A stretch of DNA of 64,000 nt from Trichoplax adhaerens (GCF_000150275.1 NW_002060945.1:1116630-1180629); one strand, 5' to 3'. Counted from the stretch's first letter, positions 41,201 to 54,457 are shown. A program made the numbers and translations. The notes: generated by a model from the sequence alone, not told the origin.

Positions 41201-44200
41201 GTATAGTACTCAATTCACTAGTCTTGGTAAAATAATGATGGTCAGACCTCAATCTGAATTTTCTCTTCCCTTTTTCATACTATTTTTCAGTCAAAATTTC
41301 CTTCTTCTCTGTGAAATTTCTCATTCTCTATTCCTATGCTGTATTCTACCCTTGTTGACTCATTTTGTGATGATATTCGATCATATTAACTGCTAGTGTT
41401 GATTGTATATATGTACGTGCATGTCAGAATAAGTTGTTTGACGAACCATTAATTAAATCTTACAGTGCAGCAGGCAATATAGAATAATGGACTACGTGCA
41501 GTACTCAATTCACTAGTCCTTGGTAAAATAATGATGGTCAGACCTCAATTTGAATTTTCTCCTCCCTTTTTCATTCTATTTTTCAGTCGAATTTCTCATT
41601 CTCTATTCCTATGCTGTGCACTACCCTTCGTTAGCGGTTATTATGGACTATAACTACAGTACAGTATTATATTATTAAACACATCAACTGCTAGTGTTGA
41701 TGTACGCGTATGGACCTAAGAATATTGCCCAACAAAGCATATTCAATTTTGCAGACTGCAATGGTCGTCAGACCTAAATTTGAATTTTTTTCTTCCTTTT
41801 TTTATGCCCTTTTTCAGTGAAAATTTCCTTCTTCTGTATAAAAAATTTCTTATACTCTATTCCTATGCTGTATTCTACCCGTCGTTAATTCTTATTATTA
41901 TTATTCAATCACGTTAACCTACTAAAAACGATAGGACTAATTTTTTTAATCGATCAAGCATTTTGTTTCCACCTCTCGCTCCTTTTTTCAATGAAACGGC
42001 TATTCTTGTGTGAGGATTTAATAAGTCTATTTCTATAGGAATGGCGCAAATGTCATAATGGCAGCTAATGAAGCTTAAGTTTATCTACTTGAAATCGGGA
42101 AATTTCAATACAGTGCTATTCTATTAATGTAAAGTGATTGCCAAAATTGACAAAAAACACAATATTCAATTCTACAAACAAATTCATTGAGTCATACATA
42201 CAGTTTAATCTATAGCTAGCCAACAATACGATTGGAATAATACGCAATTATGGTGCTAGCCTTACTGCTATTATTGCATAGAAACAGACATTGTTGGTTA
42301 GTGTTAAACGGAAGCTTGAACGCGCAATAACTTAATTGAATTAATGTAATCTCGAACGGAAATGATTTTACACCTAACCATAGTGTATCTAGAGTTTAAT
42401 TCTTAAACAAAAACATAGAAAAATCGCCTTCAAATAATAATTGAATTGCTATTATATTCAAGCAGCTCATAACGATTTAATCTCATGTAGGAAAACTATC
42501 CTCTGCAAAAAGAGGCAGCTGTAGAGAATAATTTAAATTCAAAGAAGAAAATAACACGATTTGACAAGAAACCAATTTTAAAGAGTCGTAAGAGTTTACC
42601 TGCTTTTAGGTTGCAAGACTCATCCGAGAATTGGGACTCTACTACTGACAATAATAATAACAATAATAATCAAAGCAAAATCTCTCGTCTCTTTAATGTT
42701 ACGTTAAAATCACCGACTGATCGTAACAAAAGTAATCACCACCAAGATCATAGTATTGGATCGAAGAAAGAATTTCGTCGACAAGTAGCACATGTTAGGG
42801 ATAATCTTAATCGCCATGAGTTATCAACCAAGCATTCAAACATAACTGCACCCCGCACTAGTCACGGGGTCGAAAAAGAAAATCCACAACAATTACAAGA
42901 GGCACTGCAAAAACGCTCTCAATTAAGATCGACTAAAAGTAACCATCTACTTGATCAAGATAATAAAAGGCGTAAATTATCGCAAATCAAAGCTAAATTA
43001 GCTACAACCTTTACAGAATTAGAAATGGAATTGGAAAAACAAGGTGATGATATTGATGCTGAAGTTTTCACCGATTATCCAGCAGATAGTAGCCAATCGT
43101 CAAAGTCCAACATAGCTCAAGGTAGTAGTCGTAAATCTTCTGATATGATACCTGGTGAATCACAAGAATTGGTAACTAGGAAACTCTCGCTAAAATCTGT
43201 TGGTTCTATAGCTGATGCAAACAATGATAGAAAGTTATCAAAACCGGATACATCTGGCGCTGAATTTTTACACATTAAATCTTCCTTAAGAACAGCTTCT
43301 AAACGATCAGCTGCCAAAAATGATAATGAACCTGAAAAGGACGAGCATCAAGTACTCGCTCAAAGGAAATTGTCATTGAAAAATACTTCTCGTGGTCTTG
43401 CACAAATTAGTGAAAGCGATAAAAAGACTGGTAATGAAGCCTTACCTTTCTTACAAATGAAAAATTTATTGAAATCCACTGGTAGAGGCAAGCATATTAT
43501 AACCGAAGCTGGCGATGATAACACCAATAATGATACCAAGGTAGTGAAAGCAACCCGAACGGAAAGCGACAAAGAGGAACTAGTCCCTGCTCTAATGCAG
43601 ACTAAATCTTTACTAAAACGAAAAGAGAATAAGCTAGAAGATGTGAATGCAGAAAATAATGCTAAATCGGCCGAGGCTTTGGCTTTTTTACAAGCGAAAG
43701 CATTACTACGTGGTACTGGAAAGCGTGTTGTAGATGAAGAAACACCAAAAACTGAACCGGTCTCATCTGATGGAGATGCTTTTCTTCAGATTAAATCCCA
43801 GCTTCGAGGTACTGGAAGACGTATTGTTGAAGAAGAAAATGAAAAAGAAAATGTTGATTCCCCTTCGCCAGAGAATGATGGTTTACTTCAAGTTAAGTCA
43901 CAACTTCGAGGTACTGGAAGACGTACTAGTGAAGAAGATAAAGTAGAAAATATTGATCCCCCTTCTCCAGAGAGTGATGCTTTACTCGAAATTAAGTCAC
44001 AACATCGAGGTACCGGTAAACTTACCATGGATAAAAAACCAGCAAAGGAGGAGTCAACATTTCCCCAAAGTAATATTTCCCATCAGCCGAGGAAAATCTC
44101 TTCTGTTACTGTACAGCCTGTTGCTCAAAAAATAAATGACAACAAAAAAAGTACATCAGAACCAATAGTGTCAAAAGTGGCTCCTACTAGTGCTAAAACT

Positions 44201-47200
44201 GAAAAGATGAAAGCACAAGAACGAAAACTATCTAGTGAAGCGGAAGATATTAAAAGTGAATTAATATCTTTAAAAAGTCAGCTAAGGAAAACAGACAATA
44301 AATTTGCAGAAGAAGTCAGCCAAATCAAGGAACAGGTATAGTCCTTCATCGTAAAGTGTAGTTTTGGTTACTTGCCCATAATGATTACACTAATGACTTA
44401 TTTTTCGAATGATATATTTAGGAAACTATTAAAGAAGCAGTGGATGATGTGGATTCGGAATTACGGTAACATATCCAATATTAACAATGTTTCTCATTGG
44501 ATCCATGATGATATTCTAAGATCTTCTCTATTGAAATAATTGTAAGGTATTTTGTTAGTTAACAATTTACATTATCTTGCTATTTTATAATCCAATGCAG
44601 GTATAAAAACTTTGCCACATCACGTAGAGCCGTAAGGCCAAATCGTCGACAGCGAACTTCTGCCAATCCGTTAAAATCATTGCAGAACAGATCTGATTTA
44701 CTGGAAGATGAAGAGGTACAGCCTAATATCTTCCTTTAAGCTTTAAGTCATCCTAAGGTTTTACACTAGATAATCGTTTTAGTTCGACGTACATTATGTA
44801 GATTTTGCTGAGGTCTTGTTTGTTGCTAATGATTTACGTAACTAAAATCTTTTGTCAATCGAGCAATGGTATAAGTAAATAGGATGTAATAGAACCGTTT
44901 GATTGTCGTGTTCTATTGAGTGAGCTAATTTGTATTTCTTATTATTTATTTCTTATGCACGTTAACGTTTGAATAGATATCAATATACTGCAGATTTTAG
45001 TGCGCTAAGATTATTGTCCGATAATATAATGTAATAAATGAAATCGATCAGATCGATCACTTTATACAGTTTACGTTATTTTAACGAAATTATTTACTTT
45101 CAAATGCTATACTTGTATAATGTATGAAATAGTGTTTTTGATAGCCACTACCGATGTAAACATAACTTGTCGCTCCTTATTCAACACTACTACTGCTACT
45201 TAACTGTTATTAATACATGCACTGTAGTTACTTTCTTCGTCATAATACTGTAGTAATTTATGAAACGAATTTTTTTGATGGTAGGCTGCTGGAAAAAGAG
45301 CAACAGCTACCTCTGGAGAATCGCTTTCAACGCGTATTCGACTTCCCAGTATGTTCTTAATTATAATTATGATCAATTACTCTTGATCTGCGCTAATTTA
45401 AGCTAATATTTTCTGAAATATTGTGCAATAAATAATCCTATAATCTTCTGGCTACTATATCATTGATACTAATAAATTTTGTAATGTAATTAACCATATT
45501 GCACCAGCAGAAAATGGTATGAAAGTGAGAGTATGCTAATCTAGTCTTATTTTCGCTCACACTTAGAAAACCAACAATTTGCTCCAGCTGCAGTTGCTGG
45601 ACTTGCTGCTGATTTAGATTTCACCTCAGTTTCTCTTCGCAAGCAAGAGGATATTCCACCACCGTGCTACCCTGATGTTATACTACTTCATATTAAAGGT
45701 ATATTATAAAGTGTTTAAGATTCTTCAGCAGATCTTGATAAGAGGATCTACTATTTGACATTACAGTATTTGCAAGTGGTTCGAATATGAATCTTTTTGG
45801 AATTAAATTGTATTAACCTGAAGACTTGTATATCTCAGGGCGCCGTAATGTCCAGTGCCGTTTTGTTGAACCTATTTCCTCATCAATCAACATTGGCGAT
45901 GCGTTTATTTTGATAACGCAACAAGATATATTTCTATTATTAGGAGATAAAGTTAACGTAATTGAAAAGAATAAGGTAGGCGGGATCTAATGGACAGTAC
46001 AGTATATTCTAAATATTCGTATATATATCGTTCACCTAAGAATCGTAAAGTGCTGAAGTACAGTGAGGCACTAACGCAACGTTAGGGAAAGATTATGCAA
46101 TAATTTTTACCAATTCATTAAGTAGTATTTCGTCTATTTCATAACAGTACTATACTGTAGATCAATTCAACGTTATTGTAGAAGTACCACAACTTTGAGA
46201 ATCATAAGTAACATCTTCTTTCGTCTAGGCTGCTGAGATAGCGACACTAATTATTCAGCAGAAAGATTACAATTGTAAAGCCTCACGACCGATCATCTAC
46301 GATAACGTTAAGGATTGTGATTTTAACGGTGTTAATACCGACAAATTTTGGGAATATTTAGGTGGAAAACAGCCCTTTACTCGTACGTACATCTTCTACA
46401 TGGATGTAAACAAAATTAGTTCAGATATTCTGTATGCTATATTATGAGACTATAAGTTATTACTGTATTCACAAAAAATTTCATTTGCAGCTCTGGATTC
46501 TGCCTTAAGTGATGAAGAATTTGAACAAGGAATCGATGCCATCAATCAAATATTTGTTGTACAATGCAATCCAACGGAAACATTGGTAGAGTTAGATGAT
46601 TGCAGCGGTAAACCTTTGAGAGTTTCCTTATTAGATTCCAAAAATGTAAGTTGGATTAGTTTCTATTTGTGTTAGTAAATAGGTAATTGAAAATCCTAAT
46701 CGGAATTTGCGTTTATGGAATACAAATATAGGTTTATGTTTTGGATTTTGGCAGCGAGGTCTACGTTTGGGCAGGCCGATTCGCAGAAACGGACGCTAGA
46801 CGAGCCGGAAATAGGCTTGGTCAAGAAATGTTTGATAAAGAATACCAGTTTGCAGGCCCCATCAATCCTTTACTGCCAATAAGCATTGACAACTATGATG
46901 AAGATGAAAAGAAGGTCTCGACGGCTAGGCCTCCATGGGGTTTTTTCCAAATTCTTAAAGAACGCACAGAAACGTCTGCTTTCAGAGAAAAATTCTTCGA
47001 TTGGCCTGAACCCGGTCTTTCGGATAATTCTAGAACTCTTAAAATGACTTATTTTGAAGAAAAAACGGTTAAAAAGAAGGTATTAGAATATGCACGATAG
47101 CTCTAATTGTCTAATTTAATTATTTAATGTTGTTGTTGTGTATTTAATTGTACATTAGAAACCATCGATTCCTTCAGAACTTACAGTCTACGATGCAAAG

Positions 47201-49854
47201 AATATGATTAAGAATGAGATAGAGGAACCGAGTACTATATTAGAAGGTCAAGATATAGGAAGAGGTGAAGGTGTACCTTGCAAAGCCGGAGAACCTGGCA
47301 ATGAAGTAGAACATTTATCTGTAAAGATATGGATTGTTAGTGGTCGTGTCCATGAAGCTCTAGATCCGAAGGAATATGGAGAGTTCTATTCGGGAGAAAC
47401 TTATGTAATTTGCTGGCGATATCGGGTAACAGTTATTTATGGCAAAAGACGTAGAGCACAGCACAAAACAGGCCGAGATCGAACTGTGTATTTTTATTGG
47501 CACGGAAGCGATTGCAGTATTGGTGATAAAGGAACTTCAGCTCTATTAACTGTAGAGCTTGATGATGAGAAAGCTCCGCAAGTAAATAATTGTGGTGATA
47601 TCAGCGATTGGAATCGATATAGAATTAATATTGTATTCTTATATTCTTATATAGATACCGTTGGAACAAGGAAATGAACCACCTTGTTTTTTTCTTTTAT
47701 TTAGTGGAAAAGCAGTTTTCCATATTGGAAGGTATTTGTTATTTTTGCCATATATCGGTATATATTTTTATCATTACTAAATTCTTTTATAATGTGTGTT
47801 TGCGTGATGCAGGCGAAATAAAGCAATGAGTCCTGGAATTGCAGGTATGGCGTACTGCAGTTATCTAACTGTACTACTTGATTAAGAATTACTAAAGACA
47901 ATCAAATTGTAAATCAATGATTTTGACAATATTTTAAAACTCTTTTATTAATAACTATTTGTCCAAGATGATAAAACATGTCGTATGTTTCGAATCCAAA
48001 ATGAAACTTTAAACGAAACCTGTTTGGTGGAAATCTTGCCGCGGTAAGCTAATTATTGCGTTATTAAGTTGTTGCTACTTTGTAACGCGGATGCGATAGG
48101 CAGGTACCTTAAATTTCAGTTTAGGATTAAGATAATTCTTAAATTACTAAACTGATCCTTTATTGATTTATAAACAGTACTACATCACTGCGGTCGCGTT
48201 CCTGTTTGATTATTGTTGTTCCTGGTAAGATTTTATACGTTTGGAATGGTTTAAAGGCTTCTGAGGCGATACGTAAAATGGCGAAACATGCTGCGGAGTC
48301 TTTTCTGTCCCGGTTGGTTATTAGCTAAGCTAGGCATTATATTCGGTCTATTTGCTACAGACTATTTTATAAAAAAACAGCACCTATCTGAAACTATTCT
48401 ATCCTTCGATAAGGTTGGAAGATGTAGCTGAGAGTCAGGAAATCGAAGAAGGTGATGAGACTAAGGCATTTTGGACCATTCTTGGAGGAAGGGATGACTA
48501 TGGATCTTTATCATGGAGTATGTCGTTATAAATAGCGTCGCACTAAAATTAGCAATTATATGTATATGTTTTTGCTAAATAGCGATACATTATTACATAG
48601 TACATGCATACGTACCTTAATTTCTGCTATATTCATAAATCACTACCTAATAAACTTGAAAAATTTCTTGTTTTAGGTGATAAAAGCTATAATTTCAGAC
48701 CGAGACTATTCGCCATGAATAGTAAGACTGGATACTTTATCGCAGACGAGATTCTATCTCCGACTAGAGTACCTAAAGAGCCATATCCTTTTCCTTTTGT
48801 TCAATCAGATATTTATTCTGCGGAACAGCCTGGTAACATTGCAATCAATTGGTTCGGATTGACTTTTATGTATTATTTGATTATTGTTTGTTTATTTCTT
48901 TAGCTATTTTTCTTGTTGATGCATACCACGAGGTATATTTATGGCTTGGTTGGTGGCGAATAGTTGATGGTGAAGAAAGTGTTGCTAGAATAGGTGCTGC
49001 TGATGTTCGCTGGATTAAAAATAAAAAATTAGCTATTGAAACAGCCTATAATTATTGTCAAGGTACGGAATAACTATCAAGAAGAGTATTTTTTTAATCG
49101 TTATAATCGGTAATATTAGTCATTCATAGCGTCTTATAGTAAAATAGTTTGTATTTAACAATTGCGATTTTCTTCCTTTCGGATTACATTAGCGTTGAAA
49201 CGTGATATGAGTGCAGCTATGATTGTGCTAGCAGGCTATGAACCAATTGCTTTTCAAGCTATCTTTCCAGAATGGGATGTTGATATGGATGCAAGAAAAG
49301 CAAATATGAAGGTAAAAGGAGAATCCATTAGTTGTCGCTTGTCATTTATGGACTGCTGCTGTTCTAGTGTGTGGTATAGCAATTTCTCGATTTAAAAATC
49401 GTATATACTTGTTTTTGTCCAGGAATTTCGCAGTGTGTATTCTAACAAAAGAGTATTAATTCAAGACGAAATGAAAAAATTGTTAACGTTAGTCGGACTT
49501 GGGCTAATGCGTTATTGATATTAGGATAAGTCTTGTTCGTTATTATCTATTGTAATTCTATTACAAATCTGTTATGACTTATAGAAAGACTATCTATTCG
49601 CTTGAATTATTACGAACTAATCTACCCGACGATGTTGAGCGCGAGAAAATGGAAGAATACTTAAGTGATGAAGACTTCCAAGTAAGATATGTATTTAACG
49701 TTTGCCTTCATTTTAACGAATCTGGATAAATCTCATAAAGGATAACGAGTTGTCTTTATAAATTTAGATCGCTATTAAGATGAGTAGAAGCGATTTTGCT
49801 GCACTTCCAAAGTGGAAAAAGCTACAAATAAAGAAACAAGCAGGATTATTTTAA
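38244..49854 (+). CDS. SVIL: Supervillin-like protein (villin/gelsolin family): long disordered N-terminus, gelsolin repeats, C-terminal villin headpiece; about 22 exons. The first coding exon 38244-38339 is less certain; large exon 42491-44335
   Basis: Supervillin-type motifs RRAVRPNRRQRTSANPLKSLQNRSDL, AVAGLAADLDFTSVSLR, LLHIKGRRNVQCRFVEP, DFGSEVYVWAG, FREKFFDW, GEFYSGETYVICWRY, YFYWHGSDCSIGDKGTSALLTVELD. Headpiece ends LPKWKKLQIKKQAGLF*. Exon 38244-38339 (MDDNNDDKFDTRAELERRRQEQFRRSKSCGLP|GT) joins 42491 in phase 0. Confidence 0.9.
38701..39030. repeat. Tandem repeat, ~130-bp unit, about 2.5 copies (intronic)
   Basis: Units start with (A)CATGAAATACTA(C/T)TAGTAG at about 38701, 38831 and 38962; full units end CCTAGACATGGACGCATAA. 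Confidence 0.9.
40555..41925. repeat. Tandem repeat, about 5 copies: three ~295-310 bp central units and two shorter ~230 bp flanking units (intronic)
   Basis: Recurrent blocks CTAGTGTTG, TCAGACCT(C/A)AAT and CTCTATTCCTATGCTGT, with unit starts near 40557, 40786, 41081, 41390 and 41688. Confidence 0.92.
43775..44020 (+). repeat. Coding tandem duplication (about 100 bp, 33-34 aa unit, about 2.5 copies) in the large supervillin exon
   Basis: DAFLQIKSQLRGTGRRIVEEENEKENVDSPSPEN / DGLLQVKSQLRGTGRRTSEEDKVENIDPPSPES / DALLEIKSQHRGTGK, with DNA-level identity (CTTCGAGGTACTGGAAGACGTA twice). Confidence 0.9.
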
Positions 49855-51185
49855 TGATATTCAAATTGATCGTATAGTTTTCAAAGTTTTAATAATCTTA
49901 GTATCGGATTTATATTTAATTACATTTTAATCTTTATCACACAGTAGGTATATTATTGTGCTATATGAGTGAAGATATAAGTACTATATTTACGGTTTAT
50001 TAAGTATTATCGTAATCAACTGTCTTTTATGTGTGACATAGTGATATTTTATAAGCGGATAAAGAATTGAATTATCGGTATTAAAAATTGTCTGTTTCCA
50101 ACAAAGATTTTTTTTCCTGTCGTTGTAGGAACTTGTGAATTTAATGTTACAAATTAATATACATATACCGTATGCATATTTATATTATTTCTGTATACTG
50201 TACGAGGATGCTGCATGTGGTTACTAATTTCGAGATGTTACCGATCTTTGTGTAAAATCAGATATTAATATCTATCATAATTAAGAGATGGAATGGTTTA
50301 TACATTATTTTCAAGATTTTTACCAGGTTTATCTGTACAAAAAGTGGATATATAATCCTTAGCTAACAGATTCGTAACTACTTTGCATTGTTTTCTTATA
50401 TTGTATTATATCCTATTGAATAATGGCAATGCTAAGTCAATGAATTATTGTTTTTCACCCTGACTTATTCTATGCATCTTAGGTAGAAGCGATTTCTTGA
50501 GTGAATTTACGTAAACGGCTATTGCGCAGTTTGGGTTTTAATAAATTTTCATTTATTACCACAAGTCAGTCGTACCTTGGATATTTTTTTAAATTGTAAC
50601 TGTTTGGCTTATTACACTTAATCGGAATGTTGATTGTACAGAATAAATTTAACAGGGATACAGAATTCTCCAAATTGTTCCATATTTCACATGCTGTAGA
50701 ATTAGATATATTTCAATACTTTCAGTAATATTGTGAATAAATACAGTGTCACTTTATTATCACTTGTTTTGTACAATTTGGGATTCATAACAAAATTGAA
50801 TTCTAAATTGAGATTAAAACTACCTACTTGATAAACTTCATTTACAGGAAGAACATGACTATGTTAGATTTAAACAGAGTTACGATTGTTGTTAAATAAT
50901 TTTAAACTTTAAGTAACTTGTTCTATACATATACAGAGACGGTCTCATGCTCATAAAAATCTCTTCGTCATTAGTGATACTTTACGTTGTATTGAAGGAC
51001 TGGTTTTATATTTTGAAATATTACAATAAAGACGATAGCCTTCCAAGCGGTATTACAAAATAATACAACTATGCAACTAAAGCAGGAAAATAAAGTAACT
51101 GCTAATGATTTCTAAGTTCAAATGGAAAGATAGTTATGGATATCGAACAGTATCTTTGCTATGACTTTACTCCACAGCAACTTAA

Positions 51186-53986
51186 TTAAAGGGCTTTAGA
51201 AGATTGAGCATGTTTTGCTGCTTTTTCTTCTTCGACAAGTTGATTCCATTCCATAAGTTCTTCCTGAATTGTAATAATTAAGAAGTACTGACGTTTAAAT
51301 AAAATTTATAAAATAACAACTTTGCTATGATAAACAAATGTAGAAATGAAAGTAGCATCGTTAATTTAATCATAGCTAGACTAATAAATTTGATAACGTA
51401 CCCTGGCTTGTTCTTCTTTTGCTTTTTCGAACAATTCTTTCTGTTGTTTTTCTAATTCCGTAAGAGAAAATCCCTAGGCAGATAGGTAAAAATGATTTTA
51501 TCATACTATTATTTATGTTCCATAAATAATAAATAAAGGTTAAGTAAGAAGTTCTTACCGATTTTTCTAGCTTCTTAGAGCACTTTTTCCTTTCCTATTC
51601 AGTGGCAGGATGAAGCAAACTTAGCATAATTTAAAGGTTAATGAACGTATTCTATACAGAAAGTATTGATTAAGCTGAATAACCTCTTTCTCAGTTTTTA
51701 AGTCTCCCAAAACCTTTTTCAACTCACCAACGTAACCTTCAAATCCCAAATTCTACAAGTAGAATGGATAATATTTCACAAAATAAATCATAATCATTTA
51801 CGCATACATGCAGTATTTGCATGAAGATCTATAATGTAGTGTACTAATTATTTATGCATAGTTAGAATACGTATACATAACAAGTAGATGTCTTGATGAA
51901 AGATAATTTTCTCTACCTTTAAAGCCTCGATAACATGCTCCGGAAAAATAGTCTTTTTATTCTTTTGACTACAAATAGAATTACTTTCGGACGATACCAT
52001 ATGGACAAATTCTATAATGTTATAATTGATGACAAGCATCAGGGAAAAGTTTCTGATATCGTAAATCTACTGTGCCATCTTTAAAAATTGGCCCTATTAT
52101 AACTGGTATTAGTAATAGAATAAAGAGAATACAGTGTGGTTTGTGTCCACGATTGTGTTTCTCTTCTTTCATAACGTTATTCAGTATTTCTGATATAAGT
52201 GAGACTAGATAAAATGTGCAGTTGTCCACTTTTGCTATCTGGACAGTGGTAAAATCCTTCATCAACCGCAGGTTTATACCAACATTCTAGTGCAATGTAT
52301 GTTATTACTTGATATAGTAATGATAGTATATCGTATGCTAGATAGTAGTAACATCAGCATTAACAAATGTGCTAAATTAATTTTCTGCTACTTACCATTA
52401 CAAATATTAGAAATTAAATCTTTGGCATCATTCGATACCCGTACGCCAGGTACGACTTCCTTGATAAACTTTTGAATCGTCGCTATAATTATTGCAAGAT
52501 AAGAAGATATCGCGGTTTAATCAACACATTCATGATGTTGCATTATACTGTACTTGCAGAAATACTATCTACTCATAATATTACACTAAATTAATAATTG
52601 TAGATCACTAATACTATTGCGTAGATATTTGATGCTATTATAAGAACCCAAGAGTAGATTACATCGGGTAAATTCACGATAAGGTTTACGAAAAGCCATA
52701 TCAGAATTCCAAGTTATACTTTACAACGAGTATTGCAGGTAGATTTATAGTAGTTACTTTGATCTAACTGCACCGTAAATCTACTGACATCACTCCCAAA
52801 CATATTCTTATTTACAGAGTACATTTGCTATCCGATTTGTCAGGTTTACGATTCGACAAGATTGGCACCTGAGTTATGTACCATATACGGATATGCTCTA
52901 TTTTAAGACACAAATTTAGCTAGCGACAAATACTCCAAATTGAGCGTAATCTTGTGGTATAAAATACGTTTTATTAGCACCTAGGCAAGAGTATTTATCT
53001 TATTTTCAACAGCATCGTCATTGTGGCTGATGAAGCTGTCGAGTGGACGTGTACACTTATCTCTCTCTTTCTATATAACATACAGCATGTATGCAAGATA
53101 AATTCAGTCTATCTTACGTGTAATTAAGCTCGCATGTCCTAGAGAGGTGTCAAAATTTTTTCTCCGCTATGTTCTGTAGTGATGTTTTTGTCTAGTATAG
53201 TATGTTAGAATACTGATTGATTAAAACGTTTCCAGTACTTACGCCACTTGGAATATTCATACAATTTAATCATGAACTTAATAGTGAAATCAACGCCATC
53301 ATGAAATTAGAGAGGTGGTAGATCGTATTTTAGATCAATTGCTACAATTGGGACGGTCTATCATTTGACTTATCAATCATTACGGCATTAACGATATCTA
53401 CTGTATTAGAATGATATGGCTATTGCACATGATGAGGAAAGCGCCGTCACCAATACACACAAGAGATAAAATGTTAAGATACTGTTGTAATGGAGGGTGT
53501 CTACATACTGTAGTTAATCATGTTTTTATCTCGTGTTTCCTAACCCTTCCAACTCGTTTCAAGCCATTAATAGCTATAATCTACAGTACAGAACATGCAC
53601 AAATCTAGCTATACTGTACAGTACTATTGAATCAGTCAGAGAGTCCATGGCGATTTGACACTATTGCCCAGGTTCCTACGTGATTTACTACACAGTACTA
53701 TCTCTATAATAAGAGGAAACGGTCATAACTTGGAAACATGTTCGATGATAGCTTGAATAGTACTTCAAAATCAAATGATTAAAGGATGATTTATTATTTT
53801 TTAGCGGTACAGGACTTTCTCAATTCGAGATACACTTTAATACTTGTAAGACAAGCGTGAAATTGGTAGTATTCATTCTACCTGGAGCAATTGATTTCCT
53901 ACAGTATGGCGTGTCATTTATCACCCCATGCACTCTTTATACTTACATCGAGGTAAATTAGCCGATTCTTCATCCGAATCAGTCAT
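51186..53986 (-). CDS. DR1: Negative cofactor 2 beta subunit (Dr1, histone-fold TBP regulator); 7 exons, first exon 53986-53947
   Basis: Spliced protein MTDSDEESANLPRS/TIQKFIKEVVPGVRVSNDAKDLISNICNE/FVHMVSSESNSICSQKNKKTIFPEHVIEALK/NLGFEGYV...KKLEKS/GFSLTELEKQQKELFEKAKEEQAR/EELMEW... parallels DR1 (IPRAAINKMIKE...KKTISPEHVIQAL...QQQELFAKAR). Confidence 0.92.
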
Positions 53987-54169
53987 GGTCGAGTAATAAT
54001 ACGGGGATATAGGAGGTTGAATATCTTCGATTGCAAGTGGGTTTGGAAAGAAACGTCAATTCCGTTTCAAGATGATAATGCGATCGATCGGCTAGATCGA
54101 CCTTAACAGTCTTACTATAGAACTGTCCTGTTGTCCCGGGGCTTCAGTCTGTCCAGAAATCATGATGCT

Positions 54170-54345
54170 GTGTACTCTACAGCATCGCTATCATCTGAAG
54201 CCACTAAACTACTACAGTACTATGCTGTGTTGCTACAGTACGAAACTCTTACTGTACAGTACAGTACAATGGTGCACTGACTGGAATTCTTTTTCAATCT
54301 ACAGTACTGTACTGTACTGCACGCGTAAACACAGTACAGTACTGA
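54170..54345. repeat. ACAGT/ACTGT pentamer island 2, upstream of NC2-beta (weaker copies also at 53580-53700 in intron 1)
   Basis: ACTGTACAGTACAGTACA, ACAGTACTGTACTGTACTG and ACAGTACAGTACTG, 180-360 bp upstream of the DR1 ATG. Confidence 0.85.
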
Positions 54346-54457
54346 ACAATTTGATTATTTTCGATGTCTACCCTTCGTTCAAAAATCAAAAGTTTTATTT
54401 TGTACTTTTTATTTTATTGCCGTTTTAATGGACATGTAAGAAGTTTTTTTAGGAACT

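Noticed and set aside
43117-44135. Antisense and alternate-frame ORFs over the large supervillin exon
   Set aside because: Shadow ORFs of a long coding exon.
45508-45516. Possible frame-preserving 6- or 9-nt microexon (CAG|CAG|AAAATG|GTATGA) in supervillin
   Set aside because: The downstream intron would be only 50 nt, shorter than the introns I measured here (about 65-70 nt minimum); unsupported without junction reads.
53233-53273. Another ATG...|GTAAGT phase-1 candidate first exon for DR1 (MIKLYEYSKW)
   Set aside because: No similarity to DR1 or to exon 1; such arrangements arise readily by chance.
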